Positions 1-5,833 of a stretch of 14,800 bases of DNA are shown in pieces. This stretch comes from Acetonema longum DSM 6540 (GTDB lineage Bacteria > Bacillota > Negativicutes > Sporomusales > Acetonemataceae). The stretch spans positions 1 to 14,800 of the forward strand of contig NZ_AFGF01000183.1 in assembly GCF_000219125.1 (NCBI RefSeq), in the 5' to 3' direction. How positions within the stretch are numbered: position 1 is the first letter of the stretch; each line of letters begins with the position of its first letter. A program made the translations under genes and the position numbers. The notes below the pieces were generated by a model. The model did no database searches, was not told the DNA's origin, and was given only the letters and a program-made list of their open reading frames with translations.

Positions 1-40
1 CTCCCAATAGTATTTAAAATACTTTTCTCTGTAGTCCGCA

Positions 41-112
41 TATATTTGCAAGTCTTCGATTGGGTGTCTATTGGACGATATCGCTCCTGTCAGAGTTACT
101 TGCAAGTCGTCG
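41..112. repeat. Direct repeat TTGCAAGTC(T/G)TCGA, two copies (41-54 and 99-112) about 58 bp apart
   Basis: 13/14 identical copies read directly from sequence. The minus strand across 1-105 is also an open frame without ATG running off the left edge (…LDDLQVTLTGAISSNRHPIEDLQIYADYREKYFKYYWE), so the repeat may be a peptide-level repeat instead. Confidence 0.3.
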
Positions 113-203
113 AGTAGTTTAAAGGCCTTCTTTCGAAAAATTAACTTACTATCAGCCCAACCACTTATCTATTCATTCATTTTGCCGGAAGCATACTCAC
201 AAC

Positions 204-253
204 AGAAAATCCTGTCAAATTTTCAATGTTCTTTGACAAATTTGGCAGGATTT
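204..253. promoter_or_regulatory. Imperfect ~16-bp inverted repeat (AAATCCTGTCAAATTT … AAATTTGGCAGGATTT) with a consensus -35 hexamer TTGACA (232-237) inside it; candidate operator/promoter for the WYL operon
   Basis: Arms 206-221 and 237-252 are reverse complements with one mismatch. The region is AT-rich and lies 170-220 bp upstream of the first WYL gene. Confidence 0.35.
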
Positions 254-423
254 CTATGTTTAGATTGAAAATATATAAAAACATTGTCCGAAAGAGGCGG
301 GATGAACAGCAGTGGAATTCGAGCCGAAATCACCCCGGTCTCTGATCTTCGGGAAAGGGATGAGTCAAGGCTGGATGGATAACCTCTGCACGGAACGGCG
401 AGGACGATTAGGTGGTGAAATAA

Positions 424-1665
424 ATGGCATACAGCGAGCTCATCAAGGACGTTTCACGCATAAGGAATTATATGCGTGAGTTTTTTGTGTACGGTTTCAA
501 GAGCCGTGACGAAGTTGGCGCAAAGAGCGCCCGCAGCTACGACAATGAAAAACGCCGTATTGAAAGCTGGCTCGCCGACTATATGTCATTCCGACAGGAC
601 GCGAACGGGAAGGCGGTCTTCCTCTCCGTCGACAGCCGGCACATACCGCACAATCCCTTATACAAAGCGTGGAAAGCCGCAAGCTTTACCAAGAACGACA
701 TCAGCCTGCATTTTATCTTGCTCGACATATTGGCCGACGGCAATCCGCGCAGTCTCTCCGAACTGCTTGACACCATCGAAGATGATTATCTGTCCTCGTT
801 TACCTATACGGAACCGTTAGATGAATCAACCCTAAGAAAGAAGCTAAAGGAATATACGGAAAAAGGCTTGCTTACTACTGTAAAGCGCGGCAAGCAGTAC
901 CTGTATTCATTGTCCGCGGACTCCGTTGATTTAGAAACGTGGCGAGAGGCTGTAACCTTCTTTTCCGAGGGCAGCCCGCTCGGCGTGGTCGGAAGTTTCC
1001 TGCTCGACAAGTACGAAGAGCAAAAGCCGGATGTGTTTTCGTTCAAGCATAGGTACCTTCTGTTCGCTCTGGATAACGGATCCCTTTTGGATTTGTTGAC
1101 CGCTGTCCATTTACGCCAAAAAGTTGAACTCGAACTCGCCGGAGGTAAAAACGGTGGCGCAAGGCAAGCCGTTACTGTTCCGCTGAAGATCTACATCAGC
1201 ACTCAGGGCGGCAGGCAATACCTGGCGGCTTACAGCCTTTGGAGAAAGAAAATAACCTTCTTTCGGTTGGACACCATTGTTAAGGTTAAGCCTATGGAGG
1301 TCGAGCCGGAGTACGATTCGTACAAATCCCTCCTGCAAAACGAACAGCCTCATATATGGGGCGTGTCCTGCGGTCAGTACAGGCTTGAACATATCGAGCT
1401 GACGCTGAAGGTTGACCCGAAAGATATACATATTGTCCATAGACTGGAGCGGGAAAAGCGGTGCGGTTCCGTAACAGAAACCTCTGACAACGAGTGGCGG
1501 TTCACAGCCGATGTGTACGATGCCTGGGAACTGATGCCCTGGCTTCGAACCTTCATCGGGCGTATTTCATCTTTGACTTGCTCCAACAAGAAGGTAGAAA
1601 AACAGTTCTGGTCGGACTTCTCTGTGCTTACCAAGATGTACGGAGGTGACGACGATGCTGTTTAG
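424..1665 (+). CDS. HTH-WYL-domain transcriptional regulator (BrxR/CapW/PafBC-like), 413 aa
   Basis: WYL-domain motifs: PLKIYISTQGGRQYLAAYSLW…ITFFRLDTIVKVK. A probable wHTH lies around NPRSLSELLDTIEDDYL. SD-like AGGTGGTGA sits upstream of the ATG. The 3' end overlaps the next gene by 20 nt. Confidence 0.7.
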   Translation: MAYSELIKDVSRIRNYMREFFVYGFKSRDEVGAKSARSYDNEKRRIESWLADYMSFRQDANGKAVFLSVDSRHIPHNPLYKAWKAASFTKNDISLHFILLDILADGNPRSLSELLDTIEDDYLSSFTYTEPLDESTLRKKLKEYTEKGLLTTVKRGKQYLYSLSADSVDLETWREAVTFFSEGSPLGVVGSFLLDKYEEQKPDVFSFKHRYLLFALDNGSLLDLLTAVHLRQKVELELAGGKNGGARQAVTVPLKIYISTQGGRQYLAAYSLWRKKITFFRLDTIVKVKPMEVEPEYDSYKSLLQNEQPHIWGVSCGQYRLEHIELTLKVDPKDIHIVHRLEREKRCGSVTETSDNEWRFTADVYDAWELMPWLRTFIGRISSLTCSNKKVEKQFWSDFSVLTKMYGGDDDAV

Positions 1666-2584
1666 CGAGGTATACTCCGCTTACTTCAATGCAGTTGCCG
1701 CCATCATCACGGAAGCATTGGAAAGTGAACTTACTGTAAAGCGAATGGACGAGATTATCCGCGAACGTGCTTTTTCCGCGAGCATGCTGACTATTTTACC
1801 CGCTCTTAAAAACTCTGAATGGACTATATTGGATAAGAACCTGCGAACTCCCATTAAGCGCAAACCCAAGATGCCGCTGACCATTTTGCAGAAGCGGTGG
1901 CTGAAAGCCATATCGCAAGACCTTCGCATCGCGCTCTTTGACGTTTCTTTACCGGGTCTTGAGGACATAGAACCTCTGTTTACGCCGGACGACTTTGTAT
2001 TCTTTGACCGTTATTCGGATTGTGACCCTTTTTCGGATACAGATTACATCACCCGCTTCAAGATGATTCTAACGGCTTTGCGGGAAAAGCGGCGGCTACG
2101 TATAGAGTACCGCAACCGCCATAACCGTCTGATGCAAGGCAGGTTTATTCCATATAGGCTGGAGTATTCCTCAAAGGACGACAAGTTCAGGCTCGAAACG
2201 ACGGGCGGGCGCTATGCGGCGTATATTAACCTTAAGCGCATCGAAAGCTGTGAATTGCTTGAGGCGTACGATGCGAACAGCATCATCCCTCCGGTACGAA
2301 GAGATGCCTCAGTCAGATTCCTGCTAAAAAATGAACGCAACGCTCTTGACCGCGTAATGCTCCACTTTTCGGACTGCCGCAAAGAAACGATGCGTTTGGA
2401 TAATGGTCTGTATGAGGTTCAGCTTTGGTACGAGGCGCAGGATGAAACCGAAATACTGATCCGCATCCTTTCATTCGGTCCCATGCTTAAGGTGACCGCC
2501 CCGGACAGCTTCATCTCGCTGATGAAAAACCGAATCTCTATGCAGCAGACATTCTCAAAGCAAGTTGCGGACTCGTCAAAATGA
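1646..2584 (+). CDS. Second WYL-domain regulator, 312 aa, paralogous partner of the upstream gene
   Basis: WYL-like core: RLRIEYRNRHNRLMQGRFIPYRLEYSSKDDKFRLETTGGRYAAYINLKRIESCELL. The start overlaps the upstream stop by 20 nt (translational coupling). Confidence 0.65.
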   Translation: MTTMLFSEVYSAYFNAVAAIITEALESELTVKRMDEIIRERAFSASMLTILPALKNSEWTILDKNLRTPIKRKPKMPLTILQKRWLKAISQDLRIALFDVSLPGLEDIEPLFTPDDFVFFDRYSDCDPFSDTDYITRFKMILTALREKRRLRIEYRNRHNRLMQGRFIPYRLEYSSKDDKFRLETTGGRYAAYINLKRIESCELLEAYDANSIIPPVRRDASVRFLLKNERNALDRVMLHFSDCRKETMRLDNGLYEVQLWYEAQDETEILIRILSFGPMLKVTAPDSFISLMKNRISMQQTFSKQVADSSK

Positions 2585-2600
2585 GTTCGCAACTTTTTTT
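2583..2600 (+). terminator. Weak intrinsic-terminator-like element: short hairpin (GAGTT-CGC-AACTT) followed by a T7 run
   Basis: TGAGTTCGCAACTTTTTTTCC lies immediately after the WYL2 stop. The stem is only 4-5 bp, so it is weak. Confidence 0.3.
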
Positions 2601-2640
2601 CCACGATTTTCATTTGTTCGATGAGTATAATGACAATGCA
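2597..2640 (+). promoter_or_regulatory. Candidate promoter with a perfect -10 TATAAT (2626-2631) and a poor -35
   Basis: TATAAT is seen directly. It would start a transcript with a ~440-nt structured leader/ncRNA ahead of the SPFH-RtcB genes. Confidence 0.3.
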
Positions 2641-2725
2641 AGGTCGCTTTTGCGTGGATGTCAAGGACTAAGCCGCACGAAGCCGTGAAATACCGCGGTG
2701 AAATGCAAATTTGAAGTCCTGCGGT

Positions 2726-2930
2726 GCCGAAAGCTGTGCTTTAACGGCATGCCGAGCGAATGCTTGCCCCTTTACCCCTTTACGCGGGTTCGAATCCCGC
2801 CTGACCTTTGCAGTCAGCCAGTGGTTTGGAAGAGACTCTATGATACGAGTGAAAACTCGCATCACGAATTCGTGTGTCGCGGCTTGCCCGCAAAGCCGTA
2901 CCCCTAATTGGGGTGGGGACGCAGTACCGC
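2726..2930 (+). ncRNA. Structured RNA candidate containing a canonical tRNA T-arm (2784-2800: GCGGG-TTCGAAT-CCCGC) followed immediately by a closed acceptor-like hairpin (2801-2817: CTGAC-CTTTGCA-GTCAG). Possible permuted tRNA mimic (Y-RNA-like/YrlA-like) or structured leader.
   Basis: The T-loop TTCGAAT with GGTTCGAATCC is exactly the tRNA T-psi-C consensus. No complementary 5' acceptor strand exists upstream, so it is not a standard tRNA. Confidence 0.4.
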
Positions 2931-3082
2931 TTTTGCCCTGCCGGACAGAGGATACCGCATAGGCACGGCAATCGCCAGAGCCAACGCTCCCGTGTTTGCC
3001 GGTGAGATGCTTAATTTATCCGCCGCAGAAGTTGGTATGGGCAATCCGCAATAACACACAACAAAGAAGGAGCGGAATCGCT

Positions 3083-4183
3083 ATGAAAACAATCATCATC
3101 AATGAAAACCAGAGAGGTCTGCTTTTTAAGAACGGCAAATTTGCCGCATACCTGAAACCCGGAAAGCACGTCAAGTTCGGGTGCAGCTTCAGCGTGGAAG
3201 TCTTACATACCGGTTCTGAGTTCAAAGTCCCGGGATACAACCTTGAGATCTTCCTGAAAAATGCGGAACTGGCAGGCGAGGTCGACGTTGTTGACGTAGC
3301 CGACGAGACGCTTGCATTGCATTTTGTGAACGGCAAATACGCGGGGACGCTGACTAGCGGCAAATACGCCTTTTTTAAAATTCACGACAAGCACGAATTC
3401 AGGCCTGTGGATATTACAACGCCGGAAGTGTCCGACGCTGTTCCCCAATATCTGTTTGCTTCCATTCCCAAGTATTTGTTCACCAAGGTTGAAGTTGCTG
3501 ATTATCAGAAGGCGCGGCTTTGCTATGACGGCAAGTTTGTCAGACTGCTGGAGCAGGGTACGTATTACTTCTGGAATAACGGCACCAAGGTGACCGCCGG
3601 GCTTGCGGATACGCGCTTACTGCAGATGGACATCACAGGGCAGGAAATGATGACCCTTGATAAGGTTGCTCTTCGCATTAATTTCGTGTGCAGCTATAAA
3701 ATCACGGACTATGTGAAGATCCACACGGAAATCGATGACTACGAAAGGCAGATACACATCCTGCTTCAGCTTGCACTGCGTGAGTATGTGGGCAGATATC
3801 GCCTTGACGAGATTCTCGAAAATAAGGAGCAGATGTCCTCAGCCATGCTGGCCCGTCTGAAAGAGAAGGAAGCCGGATACTTCGTGACCTTTTCCGATGC
3901 GGGAGTCAAGGACATTATCCTGCCGGGTGAAATCCGCAATATTATGAACACCGTCCTTATTGCGGAGAAGAAGGCGCAGGCGAACGTGATAACGAGACGC
4001 GAGGAAGTCGCGTCCACAAGAAGCCTGCTGAACACCGCCAAGTTGATGGACGAAAACCAGACGCTTTACAAGCTGAAAGAGCTTGAGTATCTGGAAAAAA
4101 TCTGCGACAATGTCGGGAGCATATCGGTCACCGGCGGCACTGACCTCCTGTCGCAGTTGACAAAAATACTGAAAGGTGCGTAA
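3083..4183 (+). CDS. Cytoplasmic SPFH/band-7 (stomatin/flotillin-like) domain protein with N-terminal beta-repeat units and a C-terminal helical region; ~366 aa from the RBS-supported start (ORF opens at 2996)
   Basis: SPFH core motifs: DKVALRINFVCSYKITD…LREYVGRYRLDEILENKEQ…GVKDIILPGEIRNIMNTVLIAEKKAQANVI. There is no hydrophobic TM stretch. The RBS AAGGAG at 3067-3072 sits 10 nt before ATG 3083, with only 5 nt to the RtcB start. Confidence 0.8.
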   Translation: MKTIIINENQRGLLFKNGKFAAYLKPGKHVKFGCSFSVEVLHTGSEFKVPGYNLEIFLKNAELAGEVDVVDVADETLALHFVNGKYAGTLTSGKYAFFKIHDKHEFRPVDITTPEVSDAVPQYLFASIPKYLFTKVEVADYQKARLCYDGKFVRLLEQGTYYFWNNGTKVTAGLADTRLLQMDITGQEMMTLDKVALRINFVCSYKITDYVKIHTEIDDYERQIHILLQLALREYVGRYRLDEILENKEQMSSAMLARLKEKEAGYFVTFSDAGVKDIILPGEIRNIMNTVLIAEKKAQANVITRREEVASTRSLLNTAKLMDENQTLYKLKELEYLEKICDNVGSISVTGGTDLLSQLTKILKGA

Positions 4184-4188
4184 TCGAA

Positions 4189-5409
4189 ATGGTTAAGATA
4201 GAAGGATTACACAATACCGCTGTCTGTTACACCCCACAATTAGAGGAGCGGGCGGCGGAGCAAATCAAAACAGTCTGCGACCAAGAAGTGTTCGCAGACT
4301 GCAAAATCCGCATAATGCCTGACGTTCACGCCGGCAAAGGTTGTACTGTCGGAACGACGATGACCATTACTGATAAGATTGTACCCGGCATGGTCGGTGT
4401 GGACATCGGCTGCGGCATCGAAACAATGCGTATCGATACTGCAGCGCTTGACTTCGCCCGCCTTGACGAGGTGATACATAAATGCATTCCAGCGGGCTTT
4501 GACGTTCGGAAAATCCCACACAAATATGCCGATGAGATTGATTTATCCGAACTCCGCTGTGCGAAGCACGTTAACCTCGACAGGGCTTACAAGAGCGTCG
4601 GAACTCTCGGCGGCGGGAATCACTTTATTGAGGTTGACCGAGCCGGGAGCGGCGAGTGGTACATTGTTGTTCACTCCGGCAGCCGGCATTTGGGCTGTGA
4701 GGTCGCGGAATACTACCAGAGCGAAGGTTACAACGCCTTGGGCGGTCACGTGCAGTTTCAACTTGAGCAGGTAATCGTACAGTTAAAAGCCGAAGGCAGG
4801 GAAAAGGAAATCCAAAGCACAATCAGGGCTTTGAAAGAACGGACGGCGATACCCGTGCCGAAAGACCTCGCCTACGTGGAAGGCAGTCTGTTCGACGATT
4901 ACATGCATGACATGAAGATTATGCAACGGTTCGCCGTTCTGAACCGCAAAGCGATGGTCGACACGATCCTTGTGGGTATGCGCCTGTCCGCTGCGGAAGA
5001 ATTCACGACCATTCACAACTACATAGATACTGATGCGATGGTTCTCCGCAAAGGCTCAGTGTCCGCAAAGGACGGCGAGAAGCTGCTCATACCAATCAAT
5101 ATGCGTGACGGCAGCTTAATCTGTGTTGGCAAGGGAAACCCTGAATGGAACTGCTCCGCTCCCCACGGCGCGGGTCGCCTTATGAGCCGGAGCAAGGCCT
5201 TTCAGGAATTGACGATGGAACAGTACCAGGCAGAAATGAGCGGAATCTACTCCACCTGCGTTCTGCCGGAAACGCTGGACGAATCGCCGATGGCGTATAA
5301 ATCGATTGACGAAATTATCGCTCAGATTGAGCCGACCGCTGAAATAATAGCGAGAATTAAGCCCTTCTACAATTTCAAGGCGGCTGAGCAAAAACGGAGG
5401 CGTCGGTGA
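4189..5409 (+). CDS. rtcB: RtcB RNA 3'-phosphate/2',3'-cyclic-phosphate RNA ligase, 406 aa
   Basis: Motifs line up with RtcB metal/GMP-binding residues: MPDVHAGKGCTVG, VGVDIGCGI, GGGNHFIEV, HSGSRHLG, HNYID, SAPHGAGR (nucleophilic His). Length matches E. coli RtcB. Confidence 0.9.
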   Translation: MVKIEGLHNTAVCYTPQLEERAAEQIKTVCDQEVFADCKIRIMPDVHAGKGCTVGTTMTITDKIVPGMVGVDIGCGIETMRIDTAALDFARLDEVIHKCIPAGFDVRKIPHKYADEIDLSELRCAKHVNLDRAYKSVGTLGGGNHFIEVDRAGSGEWYIVVHSGSRHLGCEVAEYYQSEGYNALGGHVQFQLEQVIVQLKAEGREKEIQSTIRALKERTAIPVPKDLAYVEGSLFDDYMHDMKIMQRFAVLNRKAMVDTILVGMRLSAAEEFTTIHNYIDTDAMVLRKGSVSAKDGEKLLIPINMRDGSLICVGKGNPEWNCSAPHGAGRLMSRSKAFQELTMEQYQAEMSGIYSTCVLPETLDESPMAYKSIDEIIAQIEPTAEIIARIKPFYNFKAAEQKRRRR

Positions 5410-5411
5410 AT

Positions 5412-5652
5412 ATGGAAAAGTTCATACCGTTCGAGAAGCTGTCGAAAAAGAAACAGCGAGAACATAATGCCCGAGAGCGGCGCGACTGGGGGTGTAATGA
5501 ATCCGGTCACCCGTGTGACTCCCGATCCCAAGGCATATGGCAGAAGCAAGGCAAAGGCTATCCGTAGAAATGATGGGGATAGCCTTTGCTTATATTTCAG
5601 CTTAAGCCGAAATGAAGGACAGGGATGCTGCGGCGTACCGGTCAAGCTGTAG
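5412..5652 (+). pseudogene. Small, highly basic (~79 aa) protein gene interrupted by a +1 frameshift at a G5 homopolymer
   Basis: Frame A (5412-5570) gives MEKFIPFEKLSKKKQREHNARERRDWG…. Frame B (through 5652) gives …NPVTRVTPDPKAYGRSKAKAIRRNDGDSLCLYFSL…. Deleting one G of TGGGGG fuses them into a continuous ORF. The start is 2 nt after the rtcB stop. Confidence 0.4.
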
Positions 5653-5699
5653 GCACAGTCAAGTCGATAGCCATTTTGAGTGGTGATTCTTTCAAGTCT

Positions 5700-5833
5700 T
5701 CCTGGTAAAAATGTTACAATTTGTAAAGGGATATAATGCAATCTGTCGAAATATATATAAAATTGACTTTACGCAATCGTAGGTGCACTGACCTCAATAT
5801 GGTTAGAATTTGTTAGTGATTTGAGGTAGTAAG
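5700..5833 (+). promoter_or_regulatory. AT-rich promoter region for the Wadjet operon, with a perfect -10 TATAAT (5732-5737), TTGACT (5763-5768), TAGAAT (5804-5809) and RBS GAGGTAGTAAG before jetA
   Basis: Hexamers read directly. The -35/-10 spacing is not ideal for any single pair, so the exact promoter is unresolved. Confidence 0.3.

Noticed and set aside
71-268. ORF 71-268 (+), 65 aa
   Set aside because: No RBS. It spans the AT-rich regulatory region that contains the inverted repeat and TTGACA, and its Ser/Leu-rich translation is implausible.
2784-2808. Standard tRNA gene, or tmRNA, ending with T-arm plus acceptor 3' strand CTGACCT
   Set aside because: No sequence complementary to CTGACCT (AGGTCAG or GGGTCAG) lies 60-95 nt upstream, and there is no anticodon or D-arm in register. 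For a tmRNA there is no tag ORF ending in ALAA, and the upstream region is occupied by the WYL2 CDS. It is therefore treated as a tRNA-like module rather than a tRNA gene.
2905-2930. T-box riboswitch signature (TAATTGGGGTGGGGACGCAGTACCGC resembles the T-box consensus AATTAGGGTGGNACCGCG)
   Set aside because: The match is interrupted by an 8-nt insertion between GGGTGG and TACCGC. I could not identify a Stem-I with a specifier loop or a terminator/antiterminator pair. It is kept only as something an Infernal T-box scan could test.
2698-2962. Two Cys-rich + strand ORFs (2698-2907 and 2711-2962) inside the structured region
   Set aside because: They have no RBS and low-complexity translations, and they overlap the T-arm and hairpin region. 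They are most likely an artefact of GC-rich structured RNA.
2996-3082. Upstream ATG at 2996 as the SPFH start (MPVRCLIYPPQKLVWAIRNN…)
   Set aside because: There is no SD in front of it. A strong AAGGAG precedes ATG 3083, and the protein from MKTIIINENQRG matches the usual start of SPFH N-lobes.
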